The notes: generated from the letters alone by a model not told the origin. DNA of 64,000 nt from Candidatus Hodarchaeota archaeon (GCA_029856365.1 JAHQWW010000008.1:9579-73578); one strand, 5' to 3'; shown: positions 30,416 to 41,006, counted from the stretch's first letter. Program-made: numbers and translations.

Positions 30416-30672
30416 AGGTTACAATCACCTAGGCTCAGTAGGAATTAGTAAAACAAAAAACGAGTTTCTTTATTATGATTTTATCAGTTTTATTATCATA
30501 TTTTCAATTATTAAGTGGCTCTAAATTATCTTTTAGCATGATTAATTAAGTGATTAGAAGAAATAATGCCCTTTCAAACAGATTAAACGAATTACCATTA
30601 GAAAGTCCTAATTCTCTTATAGCCTGTAAACATTAATTAAGGCCTTTATCCCAGTACTAATCGGAATCAATA

Positions 30673-30903
30673 ATGACGAAAAAAATACAAAGCCAAAAGA
30701 AGAATAATGACCCAACCATTGATGGTGATTCCTCCGAAATCAATGAAAAAACGATTAGTGAAGAAAAATACAAAGCTGACATTGAAATGAGAAGAAATAG
30801 GGATTTCTCTGTGAATATTTTCTTGTATTCTTATCCAATTCCTCTCAGATGCACAAAAAACACAATCTATCTCGGAAATTTGATACTAGAAAAAAAAATA
30901 TGA
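30673..30903 (+). CDS. Hypothetical protein (doubtful)
   Basis: Isolated 76-aa ORF in a long intergenic region; no motif. Confidence 0.25.
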   Translation: MTKKIQSQKKNNDPTIDGDSSEINEKTISEEKYKADIEMRRNRDFSVNIFLYSYPIPLRCTKNTIYLGNLILEKKI

Positions 30904-31141
30904 TCATTACCAATCCGAATTGTTAAATCACGTCAAGGGTATTGACCGACATTCTCAATCCACTACTCTGTGACACTAATAGGTGAAATGTTTAACTAGA
31001 AATTAAGAATAGGATCAATTGACGTTAAAACAGTAATTTGAATCTATTTTTCTTATTGTGTTTTCTATAGAAGTTCTCTGAGTTCTAGGAACATCCCCCA
31101 TTAAACGACAAAAATAAGAATTATTAAAAAAAGCCTACTCA

Positions 31142-31432
31142 TCAAGCTTTGACATAAACTTTTAAACGACGATTGGAGACGGCTTTTTTCAGAATTTTCT
31201 TTTCTTCCAAATCTTCTAATAGTTGTTTCGCTGCAGAAACACGAATATCTCGCTTTGCAGCTATTTCCTGAGGCGTGACAACTACTGTTTTTCTTTTAGA
31301 ATAATCCTCTTCTAATTCTTTGAGAATTTTTTCGTATTCATCACCAACCATCAAGGAACGTTCATAACTAGAATACTCGAATATTTTACCCCAACGACGT
31401 TTCTTACGAACTCTTTTTTCAGAAAGACCCAT
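31142..31432 (-). CDS. rps25e: 30S ribosomal protein S25e
   Basis: KKRRWGK, VVTPQEIA...IRVSAAKQLLEDLEEKKIL, VYV. Confidence 0.88.
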   Translation of the reverse strand: MGLSEKRVRKKRRWGKIFEYSSYERSLMVGDEYEKILKELEEDYSKRKTVVVTPQEIAAKRDIRVSAAKQLLEDLEEKKILKKAVSNRRLKVYVKA

Positions 31433-31681
31433 TAATAGTTACTCCACAATATACAGGTTGATGTAAAACCTTTTAGGAGACGGTTTTACAGTAATTAAAC
31501 TAATTTACGTTACCATGTACCAAGTTTTTATTCTTTTCGTGAAATTCTCTTCTTTAAGAAAACAAAATTAAATATTTTCTGCTATTTTATCGATTTATGA
31601 AAAACAGAAAACTCATAATTGCAATAAAATGAATTTTTACTAATTAAATATCTATTTTTTAGATAATAAAATGTTAATGAG

Positions 31682-32425
31682 ATGAGTATTTCAGTGAACA
31701 AAGCATTTGGGGACAGTTTGCTCGCATACTGGCGTGGTAATCTGGAAGCAAAGCATATCATAGAGCGGGATGATGGCTATAAACAAGAAGTGCTAATAGA
31801 ATATCTTTTCAAGAAACACAGCGAATGACCTGAAGAGGAAGTTCGTTCACTTGAACATATTCCCTTGGGTTCAACTATTCTCGATGTGGGATGTGGTGTT
31901 GGAAGAATAGCAATTTATTTACAAAAAAAAGGACATAAAGTTGTTGGTCTGGATTCATGCCCAACAGCAATTCAGATAGCGAAAGCTCGAGGATTACAAT
32001 ATACACTTCTAGGAAATGTCTGTGAATTAAAGAGCTCTCCAATCTTTTATACATTTGACACCATTTTAATGATGGGAAATAACTTCGGATTGTGCGGAGA
32101 TATACCCAATACAGAAAGGTTATTAAAAAGATTGAATTCTTTTCTTTCTCCAAATGGATTGTTGATTTTTTCTTGTCTTGACCCCCTCAATACTGACAAT
32201 CCTTCCCATTTGGCCTATCATGAACAAAACTGTAAAAAAGGTAGACCCCCAGGACTCGTTCGTATTCGAATTCATTATCAAAATATTGTGGATAAATGGT
32301 GGGACCTTCTGTTTGTGAACGTTATTACTGTAAATAAAATTTTAGAAAACATAGGATACCAAAAAGTTTCCATCTATCAAAATATTTCTTCTCCTGTGTT
32401 TTATATTGTAGCTAAAAAACTGTAA
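31682..32425 (+). pseudogene. Class I SAM methyltransferase with in-frame TGA at 31826-31828 (ORF track shows 31865..32425)
   Basis: ATG 31682 in frame; IIERDDG...KHSE*PEEE..ILDVGCGVGR; MMGNNFG. Confidence 0.75.
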
Positions 32426-32574
32426 TAATGCTGAAACCTTGAATCATGAAGCTCCCTGTTTGTTGTCCCCCTACCCCCCTCATGTTCTCTCTTTAAAATC
32501 TCTTTGCATTTCCACTCAGAAAGAAGAAATTAATATGTTTCATCAGTAGGCTTAAACAATCACTAGCTTTTTTT

Positions 32575-33495
32575 TTAAATGTAAGCTGAGAACAATTTCA
32601 TTAAGCCTTCAATAAGAAAACCAAGAATACCTAAAGTAATACACGCTTTCAACATCTTTTTAGCAGGAGTTGCATTTGTAATTATTTCTTCTTCTGTACG
32701 ATTAAACAACAAATAACCGCAATAAAAAATCACTATGTCAATGATCAACACGATTAAAACGAAAATTGGATTTGTGTAATAATTCCAAAGAATGGGTAAG
32801 GGATTAACAAATACTAACAACAGCAATATCAGAAATCCAAGATTTCGTGCGGGTTTAACCCCATACTTCAAAGCAACTGATTGGACATTCTTCAATTGAT
32901 CGCCATGAACATCTTCGATATCTTTAATCACTTCTCTCCCCACAATTAATAAGAAAGCAAACAGAACTGGAAAAATCATTGTTTCAAAACTCCTTGTTAA
33001 AAATCCACCATAAATAAACGGGATGGCAGTAAGAAGACCAATCATGATATTCCCCAAAAGACCTGATCGTTTAAAATAGATAGCATAAAGATAAAGGAGA
33101 ACTCCCCCAACGAGAGCAATGAGGGATGCTTGAATTCTTAGCATAAAATGACTATATATATTAAAAAGAGGGACTACAACGCCAATAATAAAAAGAATGA
33201 TTGAATATCCTTTAGCTTCACCTATTGTCATTAATCCTGAGGGGAGAGGACGATGAGGAGCATTAATCTTATCGATTTCAATATCGAAAACATCATTTAT
33301 TGCATATCCTCCAATAGCAATCAATGATGTTGCTAAATAACCTAGTACAATTCCAGCAATTTGACTTTCGTCCAACGGTAATTTATTTTCTGTTACTGCG
33401 GCAATCGCACCTATTACAACTGCAAAACCCGATAAAAAAGAATTTAGAGGGCGACTAATTAAAAAGAGGGCTAATAGAAGACGTTTTATATTCAT
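32575..33495 (-). CDS. Digeranylgeranylglyceryl-phosphate synthase (UbiA family)
   Basis: SRPLN, INDVFDIEIDKINAPHRPLPSG, GREVIKDIEDVHGD. Confidence 0.88.
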   Translation of the reverse strand: MNIKRLLLALFLISRPLNSFLSGFAVVIGAIAAVTENKLPLDESQIAGIVLGYLATSLIAIGGYAINDVFDIEIDKINAPHRPLPSGLMTIGEAKGYSIILFIIGVVVPLFNIYSHFMLRIQASLIALVGGVLLYLYAIYFKRSGLLGNIMIGLLTAIPFIYGGFLTRSFETMIFPVLFAFLLIVGREVIKDIEDVHGDQLKNVQSVALKYGVKPARNLGFLILLLLVFVNPLPILWNYYTNPIFVLIVLIIDIVIFYCGYLLFNRTEEEIITNATPAKKMLKACITLGILGFLIEGLMKLFSAYI

Positions 33496-33823
33496 AAAGT
33501 ACAGCTCGAGTCATTTTTCAGACTTGTATGAACTCAATCTTATATTTTTTTAACCTTGTGTACTCTTCATGTAAGTTTTCTCCATGAACCGAGATAAAAA
33601 TGTGAAATTTTGGTTTTTAGGTGACATTCAGAAGAACATTGAAGATATTTAAGCTGGTAAATAACCAGTAGAATAGGTGATAAAGATGTTTTACTATTGT
33701 ATTTTGAATCATAAGTTTTTAAATTTTTGAATTCTGTTTGAGGGACTTTCTAGAGGAAAACAAAAATTCATTATTATCTGTCTTTTTTTTAAAAAAATGA
33801 AGGTGAGAAATGGAGGAAGACTA

Positions 33824-34714
33824 CTACTCACTGTCTTCTTCTTTCTTTTTCTCTACAGGTAGTGATTTTACTCCATAAACACCTACTGGAGGTAGACCAC
33901 TACCAGATCCTCCTTCAGTACTACCTGAAAATCCTGCTATTGGGATATTCGCTGGAATCAACATGATAGTAGCGCCTCCTTCTGTAGCGGCCTCAAACAA
34001 AAGATTGATCCACCGGAGCTCCATAGCAACTGGATTATCTATGTATTGGTTTGCTGCTTCAATCATACCTTTAGCAGCTTCCTTTTCGGCCTGAGAAAGA
34101 GTTATACGGGCCCTTCGCTCTCGTTCTGCTTCTGCCTGTCGTGATATAGCTTCTTGTAATCTACCTGGAACCACCACATCACGAATTTCAACAGACATGA
34201 TCTTTATTCCCCAGTTCTCTGTTTTTTCGTCTACCAATTCTTGCATATGATGTGCTATTTTCTCTCGTTCTGCGAGTACCTCATCAAGTTCCACTTGTCC
34301 TGTTACTTCTCGTAAGGTTGTTTGAGCTACCCATTGGGTTGCGGATTGATATTGTTCGACTTCAAGGATTGTTTTTTCAACATCAATTACCCTGAAAAAG
34401 AGGACTGCATCAATCGAGACTGGGACATTATCCCTTGTCAAACTCTGTTCGGAGCGGAACGAATAGGTTTGAATCCGTGTTGAGATAATTGACGGGATTT
34501 TGTCTATCCCTGGTATTATCCAAAAGATTCCTGGCCCACGAAGCCCAGTATAGCGGCCGAGGCGTAAAACTGGTGCGCGCTCCCACTCTTTTACAACCCT
34601 TATTCCACTGAGGAGATAAATTAAAACTAGGATAAAGGCAATAATTACTATAATGCCTAGAAAAACTTCATCTATACCTTGCCCGAAAAAATTTAATAAA
34701 CTCACTTCTATCAT
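33824..34714 (-). CDS. SPFH/stomatin (band 7) membrane protein
   Basis: EWERAPVLRLG, TRDNVPVSIDAV, AQTTLR, QAEAERERRA. Confidence 0.92.
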   Translation of the reverse strand: MIEVSLLNFFGQGIDEVFLGIIVIIAFILVLIYLLSGIRVVKEWERAPVLRLGRYTGLRGPGIFWIIPGIDKIPSIISTRIQTYSFRSEQSLTRDNVPVSIDAVLFFRVIDVEKTILEVEQYQSATQWVAQTTLREVTGQVELDEVLAEREKIAHHMQELVDEKTENWGIKIMSVEIRDVVVPGRLQEAISRQAEAERERRARITLSQAEKEAAKGMIEAANQYIDNPVAMELRWINLLFEAATEGGATIMLIPANIPIAGFSGSTEGGSGSGLPPVGVYGVKSLPVEKKKEEDSE

Positions 34715-34879
34715 CCTTTTTGTTGTTTTTATGGAAAACTTCCTGAGTGAAGATAAAAGGAATTCTTATTTAAATTAATGGTAGTGGAACTTAATATAAC
34801 CTTTCTATAAGTAATTTAAAAATTTGTAACCTCCAAAAAAAAGGCAGGACGACAAATCTAGAATGAGGAAATTATTAAA

Positions 34880-35293
34880 ATGTCTTTTAATCAATTTACA
34901 GTTGAGTTCTCAATCATTGGAGAAGAGAGAGTTGGCCGTGCAACATTAATACAGCAATTATCTCCCAAAACTGTGGCATTAATTCGTTATCGGTTACGAC
35001 AACCAATCCAATCGCGCGTTGTTGTTCGTAATGGGGAGGTTGCTATACCATTCAAAATCGGGCGAGCTGGGCCAGAGAAATCGAGGCGAGATGTAAAGCG
35101 AGGGGAAGTTGCCTACTGGCCTCAAAGCCAGACTCTTATCATTTTTCTTAAAGAAAAACAAGTTGATTATCCTGTGAACATCATTGGGTCAATAGATATT
35201 GGAAGTTTGAGATTTTTCGACCAACTTACTATTGGAAAATCCATCAAATTAGAAATGCTTAAACCAACGGTCGATGAAGAAGATTATCTTTGA
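34880..35293 (+). CDS. Cyclophilin-like fold protein (DUF369/TM1367-like)
   Basis: SPKTV...LP/QP, GEVAYWPQ, PVNIIG. Confidence 0.65.
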   Translation: MSFNQFTVEFSIIGEERVGRATLIQQLSPKTVALIRYRLRQPIQSRVVVRNGEVAIPFKIGRAGPEKSRRDVKRGEVAYWPQSQTLIIFLKEKQVDYPVNIIGSIDIGSLRFFDQLTIGKSIKLEMLKPTVDEEDYL

Positions 35294-35301
35294 TTACTAA
35301 C

Positions 35302-36033
35302 TTATTGTCCGAAAAACAACCTTTCTGCAAGTCGAATAGGAAGCCCTACACGCTGAATTTCCCGTGCAACTTCTCGTATATCATATTCTACCCGAATCCA
35401 ATCAAGTCGCATGGCTGAATCCGGGTCAATTTCTATAATTCCTACTGAGGCTCTTGGATCGTTGTCTCGAGGTTGACCTACGGATCCTGGATTAAAAATG
35501 ACTTTACCGTTTTTCTTACTCTGGTAAATGAATGGGATATGTGTATGTCCGATCACAAGTACATGATTCTCTCCGATCATATCTAGTAATTTATCCTTTC
35601 GTTCATTAGAATCTTCTGGATAGACATAGTCAGCCAAATAGTCTAGTGGGGAAGCATGAGTAAGGTAAATCTTGACACCACGTTCTTCGATTTTGAGATA
35701 CTCATTTTTTGCTAGTATTGATAGAAATGTCTTATTATATGTTGTTAACTCATCAAACGTCCAATGGACTGCTTGCACTGCCCATTTTTTAAATCCATCA
35801 GCATTTCCAGTTGCACAAGCGACATCATGGTTACCAATCACACTGACAAATGACTCTGCAATTTTACACATTTCATTGGGATAAGGACCGTATCCTACGA
35901 TATCTCCTAAACAAATAACATGATCGATATTCTTTCCATAAACTTCTGAGATTTTATCGTGCACAGCATAATATGCGGGAAGATTACTATGGAGGTCAGC
36001 GATTATTAAGATTCGTAAAGTACGGGTTCCCAT
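35302..36033 (-). CDS. Calcineurin-like metallophosphoesterase
   Basis: ADLHSN, LGDIVGYGP, GNHD, HASP, GHTH, NPGSVGQPRD. Confidence 0.9.
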   Translation of the reverse strand: MGTRTLRILIIADLHSNLPAYYAVHDKISEVYGKNIDHVICLGDIVGYGPYPNEMCKIAESFVSVIGNHDVACATGNADGFKKWAVQAVHWTFDELTTYNKTFLSILAKNEYLKIEERGVKIYLTHASPLDYLADYVYPEDSNERKDKLLDMIGENHVLVIGHTHIPFIYQSKKNGKVIFNPGSVGQPRDNDPRASVGIIEIDPDSAMRLDWIRVEYDIREVAREIQRVGLPIRLAERLFFGQ

Positions 36034-36125
36034 ATAACACCAACAAATAATTTAGATATGAACCTATTTAATTCTAGTCCTATATTATTCCTTTATATAA
36101 AAAAGGAAAACAGGGGAGGAACCGT

Positions 36126-36788
36126 TTAGTCTGTGATTAATATGTGAACTTCAACTTCCTTTTCAGTTAGAGGTTCTTTTTTCCCTAATGCTGAAGTCAT
36201 AATTTCTAGAATTAATTTCTTTGCAGTTTCCACATCAAGACCGACTTTATATTGTTTTCGTAGAGCATCAATCACCCGTTCATTACCGCTACCTGCAGCA
36301 TAGGCATTTACTGCAAAGAATGAACCACCATTATCAACAAAGAAAAGCTGTGCTTCATTATCCACTGAACTAAATCCAGCGAGAATTAATGCAGTACCAA
36401 AAGGCCTTAATCCACCTGCAATAGTATGTCGAGCCATTAGATCACCTAATCGTGATGCCAACGCACGAACAGAAATCTTTTCACCATAAATGAGACGATG
36501 TTGCTGAGCAATAAGACGGGCTTGACCAATGAGAAGATTAGAATCTGTAGATAAGCCTGAAGCGACAACAAAAAGATTTTTATCGATTTCTTGAATCTTG
36601 TCTGGTCTGATGACAAGAGGATCATAAAGTGTTTCACCAGCTAATAATATTGTCTTATCATCAAGTATCATACCGACAGCAGCAGCTCCTCTTTCCGAAG
36701 CTTTGCGGGCGTAAGAGAGTTGAACCAGTTCCCCATCAGGAGACCAAATAGCCGCACTTTTATCGTATGGAACACGAGAATCATACAT
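36126..36788 (-). CDS. psmA: 20S proteasome alpha subunit (divergent paralog)
   Basis: YD..AAIWSPDG.L.Q..YA, SGL..D, RPFG.ALILAG, AAGSG. Confidence 0.88.
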   Translation of the reverse strand: MYDSRVPYDKSAAIWSPDGELVQLSYARKASERGAAAVGMILDDKTILLAGETLYDPLVIRPDKIQEIDKNLFVVASGLSTDSNLLIGQARLIAQQHRLIYGEKISVRALASRLGDLMARHTIAGGLRPFGTALILAGFSSVDNEAQLFFVDNGGSFFAVNAYAAGSGNERVIDALRKQYKVGLDVETAKKLILEIMTSALGKKEPLTEKEVEVHILITD

Positions 36789-36800
36789 TTATTGTTCACC

Positions 36801-37454
36801 TCATAAGTCTATATGAATTTCTTCTGCAACGTCCTCTTTAGTGCTGAAGATTAATCCATCAATGCCGTTTCCTGTAGCAATGTCACGACCAATCGCCATT
36901 TTCAACGCATTAATACCTAGGTCTTTTGCTTTAGCTTTTGTTAAATCTGGTTTCCATGAGGCCTCAAGAACACCCATTGCTAGAAGAGTACCAGACCCAA
37001 TAGCTATATAATCCTCCTCTGCAAGGGATCCACTTGGATCAAGCACGTAAACATGAGACCCACGACGATCCACTCCTCCGACAAGGAGTTGCACCCACCA
37101 CGGGGTATATCTTCTAAAACCCCCATGTATGATTGTAGCCAATAAACTTGCCGCAACTCTTATACTTGGTCGAAAATTGTTCTCTAATTCGTAGAGACGA
37201 AGTTCAGATTTCATTACGTCAATCAAGGTTTGGGCGTCGGAGACTAAACCCGCAATACCCATACCTGTATATTCATTTAATTTATGCACTTTCTTTGCGC
37301 GTTTACTAGCAATGAAAGTTCCTGCTGATGCTCGTCGGTCAGCAACAAGTATCATTCCATCTACATATTTTAAAGCGAGACCTGTTGTACCTGTTACAAG
37401 TTGCATCTGATTTGGATTTCCAGTATTAAACATTGGATTAGTTGGAAAATTCAC
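36801..37454 (-). CDS. psmB: 20S proteasome beta subunit
   Basis: Propeptide then TG|TT, ADRRAS, KK, AGLVSD, GSG, RDIATG. Confidence 0.93.
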   Translation of the reverse strand: MNFPTNPMFNTGNPNQMQLVTGTTGLALKYVDGMILVADRRASAGTFIASKRAKKVHKLNEYTGMGIAGLVSDAQTLIDVMKSELRLYELENNFRPSIRVAASLLATIIHGGFRRYTPWWVQLLVGGVDRRGSHVYVLDPSGSLAEEDYIAIGSGTLLAMGVLEASWKPDLTKAKAKDLGINALKMAIGRDIATGNGIDGLIFSTKEDVAEEIHIDL

Positions 37455-37695
37455 AGTAAATTTCTCCTTGTATTGAATTTTTCTTTTAATATTAAGTTTT
37501 TCTAACTTATTTAAGCTTATTTAGCTAGAATAATATATTGACTGACTTTTAATGGATATAACCAATCGGCTTTTTTTATATCCCCAAACTTTACATAATT
37601 GCATGAAAATTTTACAATTAATAAAATTACATCAGTTTTTATATCATAACCTGAAATTTAGATGGAAAATAGGTAGGTTCAATAAATTTACTTGT

Positions 37696-40659
37696 TTAGA
37701 GTTCCAGTGAGAGTGCTGGTTTTCCAGGTTGAGCCCTAGGAGCTCTGTTTAATGGATCTTCGAAGTCATCGCTTTCAGCAATATAGACAGCAACAGGACA
37801 TTTGAATACTGTCTCCATATAATCTTTGTATCCTTTAACTGCTTCTAATTCTTTGTGAGATCCCAAGAAGTCTTGTCGGAATATTTTTACATCTCCACGA
37901 ATACGTTGTAATTCTTTGGCTAGCGTATTCATTTTAGAGGAAAGCTCGGGCATTTTTTTAAATTTTCCCATTATTTTTCCTATATTAAATGCACCATCAC
38001 CCACGATGTCTCGAGCAGCTGCGTATAATTCTCGTTTCCACTCTGGCGCAATATAGATAGAGATACTAGTAGGATTTGTTCTTTTTAACTCTATGATTGA
38101 CTGGATATCCTCAATTAGATTATTAATGAAAGACATCTGCCTATTTAATATGGTTCCTTCAGCTGGGACATCAATAGAGGGTATTAAACGTAGAGAACAG
38201 AACTCTGAATTACCAATTCGTTGGTTTAACTCTTCACAAATGTGAGGTATTACGGGACTTAGGACAACAATCCAAGGATCCATGATTAAACGTAAAGCAG
38301 CATGTTTTTCAGACGTTGGAATCCCAATTGATGTTTTTTCATAGAACTCAACATCTCGCAACATTAAATGAAAACAATGTGAGACATAACCTCGCCCGTT
38401 AAATGCTTCAATTTGGTCAATGGCGTCCCTTAAATGTTGATGACATGTTGATACAAATGCTCGGGTCATGAAGGAAGCAGTTTTCAAGTCAACTTGTTCT
38501 GTAGGTGGATTGTTAATTATCGAGTTTGCAATAGTCCAAAACTTCCGTATCCTAGATACAAGGGTTATTACCCCTTCTTCTGTCCAATTTAATACAGTGT
38601 CTGCAGAACCAGCTGAAACTAAGTATAGACGAGTCACATCAACTGAATACTTTTTTGGTAGATGAGCGATTGGAATGACATTTCCAGCAGACTTAGACAT
38701 TTTTTTCCCTTCACGGATTAACATTTCATTCAATGAGAAATTCTTCAACCAATGTTTTTCAGGAAATATTGCAGCATGATGGAAGATTGCGAACGATAAA
38801 TGATTGCCTATGTGACCAATCGCGGTATGTCGTAGATCATTCGGGTACCAATATTCGAATTCTTCACGCATGCTCTCCAATAGTCTGGAATCAATGTCGG
38901 ACTCTTGTGAGATTTTTTCGGCGTTACCTTTACCTAAAAAGATAAAATCGAATACTGCTGGGATTAAGTGATCAGAAGTAATTTCATTTTCATGAATTTG
39001 ACGAATTATAGTGTAAAATGCCATGTAAATTACACTGTCTGATAAAGACTCTATGATCCATCCTTGACCTTTTGTCAGAGGAAATTCTGTTCCTAAACCT
39101 CGTTTTCTAACACATGGTCGACGATCTAACCAATTAAAGGTGCTTTCAAAAGAGCGACGATACTTCTCTGGAACAATAGTCATTTGGTTTAAAGCGCGCC
39201 AAGCAGTTGCTTTCCATTTTTTATCGCCATAATTCAAGAAATATTGATCGGGGATAACTGCAACTATTATTTCGCCACCACATCTGCAAATTGCTTTCCG
39301 TGAAACTTCATAAAACGAACTAGCACGCCCCTCCGCCTTCAATGTCTCTGCAACTTTATCTTTGGCTTGTTCAACCCTCAAACCTATAAATTCCTCTGTA
39401 TTTCCCATCATGATGCCATTATAGAATTCAGTCGAATAAATCTCTTGGGTAGCAATTTCTAGTTTCTTGACATCATTTTGGTCTTTTATATCCATTCTTT
39501 CACAGATCTCAACAGCTGGAAATTCACCGTATAAATCCAGAGAAATAAGAGCAATAGGCTTTATATCTTTAACTTTTTCAGCCAATCCTTCATATGGCTC
39601 AAGAGGAGAGGGATTTATCTGGATGTCTCGTAGCGCAATATAATCATAAGGCGCATGTGCAGGTACAGAATATACAACGCCAGATGCATGGCTAGGATCA
39701 ACAAATGTTGCTGGTAGGATTGGGAGAGGACGATCAGGGACTCGAGGGGCAAAAGCTTCCTGACCTATCAATTCAGATCCGGGAAATTCATCCAAGACTT
39801 TTATCTTATGATTCTGATATTGCAGCTTTTTTTCTGCTTCTGAAGAGACAATCCAAACTTCTCCATCAATTTCAATTCTTTTATAGATAGCAGTTGGATG
39901 TAACCAGATATTAGTGGCTCCATATATTGTTTCAGGACGAAAAGTTGCAGCAACTAGATATTCTTTCTCTAAAGAAAATTTTAAGCCAACAAATTCCTGT
40001 ACTTCAACTTTTTCAATATCAGCATCTTTGATGTCATCTTCACCAACCGCATTTTGACAATTCAAACACCATAAGATAGGAAATTCTCCTTTTACGATTA
40101 GATTTTTAGCGATGATATGACTATACTGCCATTCAATGAACCTGTTGTATTCTGGATCCCCAGTAGTGAATTGTCGATGCGTATCTAGGGAATATCCCAT
40201 GGCTTTAAAGTCGTTGATCATATTTTTCGCAAAAAACATTGCTACATTCATGGGTTTTACAAAGGACTTTACTATTTCAGAGACTTTTTTGTCATCAGTT
40301 TCATAAATCTTAACGTAATCAGTATATTTTTCAACCTCTTTCTTATCTCCTGCTTCAATTTTTGCTGAAACAGACAGAACAGGTGTTCCAGTTATGTGGA
40401 AAGCCATTGGCCACAATGTATTATAGCCTTGTTGACGCTTAAATCGAGTAAATAGATCTCCTAGCGTATATGTTCGAGTATGGCCGACATGGAGAGCTCC
40501 AGAAGCATATGGATAAGCAACTGTAACAAAATATTTTGTTTTTGATTTATCTACAATTGCTTGGAAAATATCCTTTTCATCCCATCGTTTCTGCCATTTT
40601 CGTTCTACAGATCGTAATGTTTCAAAGAATTCTTCTATAGATAGCTGCTGTTCACTCAC
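37696..40659 (-). CDS. leuS: Leucyl-tRNA synthetase (archaeal/eukaryal type)
   Basis: AYPYASGALHVGH, ATFRPET, SVPAHAPYD, KMSKS, A.PGKPAL. Confidence 0.95.
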   Translation of the reverse strand: MSEQQLSIEEFFETLRSVERKWQKRWDEKDIFQAIVDKSKTKYFVTVAYPYASGALHVGHTRTYTLGDLFTRFKRQQGYNTLWPMAFHITGTPVLSVSAKIEAGDKKEVEKYTDYVKIYETDDKKVSEIVKSFVKPMNVAMFFAKNMINDFKAMGYSLDTHRQFTTGDPEYNRFIEWQYSHIIAKNLIVKGEFPILWCLNCQNAVGEDDIKDADIEKVEVQEFVGLKFSLEKEYLVAATFRPETIYGATNIWLHPTAIYKRIEIDGEVWIVSSEAEKKLQYQNHKIKVLDEFPGSELIGQEAFAPRVPDRPLPILPATFVDPSHASGVVYSVPAHAPYDYIALRDIQINPSPLEPYEGLAEKVKDIKPIALISLDLYGEFPAVEICERMDIKDQNDVKKLEIATQEIYSTEFYNGIMMGNTEEFIGLRVEQAKDKVAETLKAEGRASSFYEVSRKAICRCGGEIIVAVIPDQYFLNYGDKKWKATAWRALNQMTIVPEKYRRSFESTFNWLDRRPCVRKRGLGTEFPLTKGQGWIIESLSDSVIYMAFYTIIRQIHENEITSDHLIPAVFDFIFLGKGNAEKISQESDIDSRLLESMREEFEYWYPNDLRHTAIGHIGNHLSFAIFHHAAIFPEKHWLKNFSLNEMLIREGKKMSKSAGNVIPIAHLPKKYSVDVTRLYLVSAGSADTVLNWTEEGVITLVSRIRKFWTIANSIINNPPTEQVDLKTASFMTRAFVSTCHQHLRDAIDQIEAFNGRGYVSHCFHLMLRDVEFYEKTSIGIPTSEKHAALRLIMDPWIVVLSPVIPHICEELNQRIGNSEFCSLRLIPSIDVPAEGTILNRQMSFINNLIEDIQSIIELKRTNPTSISIYIAPEWKRELYAAARDIVGDGAFNIGKIMGKFKKMPELSSKMNTLAKELQRIRGDVKIFRQDFLGSHKELEAVKGYKDYMETVFKCPVAVYIAESDDFEDPLNRAPRAQPGKPALSLEL

Positions 40660-40797
40660 TGCATTTCACCATATTTCTCATACTTTCTAGTTCCATTCTT
40701 ATCTGCTTCGCAGCACACAGGCTTCAAACCAGAAGAAATTGCTAAAAATTCTACTGAGGTTGACTGAAAACGTTCTCTGAAAAATTGAAATAAGACT

Positions 40798-40830
40798 TTA
40801 TAGGGGGAGAACGTAATTCCTCATTACCAT
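40798..40830 (-). other. Putative leader mini-ORF MVMRNYVLPL* upstream of leuS
   Basis: GAGGT SD-like motif just upstream; TTTATAA box at 40861-40867; overlaps nested inverted repeats. Confidence 0.4.
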
Positions 40831-41006
40831 TACCTCAACTCTGCACCCCTTTCTTGGTACTTATAAACATTTGGAATACGTCAATTGTAGTTTCCATTGG
40901 ATGGGATTTTTGGTTTGATGTAATACTAGTCACTCACCAAGTACATGAAGAGAGAATGAAAAAAGAAAAAACCAAAATGAAGATTGGAATCTTTTGTTAA
41001 AATCAC

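Noticed and set aside
30430-31130. Hidden RNA gene or frameshifted gene in the long intergenic region
   Set aside because: AT-rich, no tRNA-like or stable structure seen; a possible frameshift at the A-run near 30890 cannot be supported without homologs
4563-31828. Genome-wide stop-codon reassignment (TGA or TAG read as Trp)
   Set aside because: Many conserved genes end correctly at TGA (rps17e, arsM, nuoN) or TAG (thsA, nuoD), and TGG is used normally for Trp
35302-36033. Vps29 (retromer) homolog
   Set aside because: GDIVGYGP/GNHD/NPGSVGQPRD and 243-aa length fit generic prokaryotic metallophosphoesterases
40680-40800. T-box riboswitch upstream of leuS
   Set aside because: Only a loose TGGAACT similarity; no convincing stem I or terminator, and T-boxes are not established in archaea
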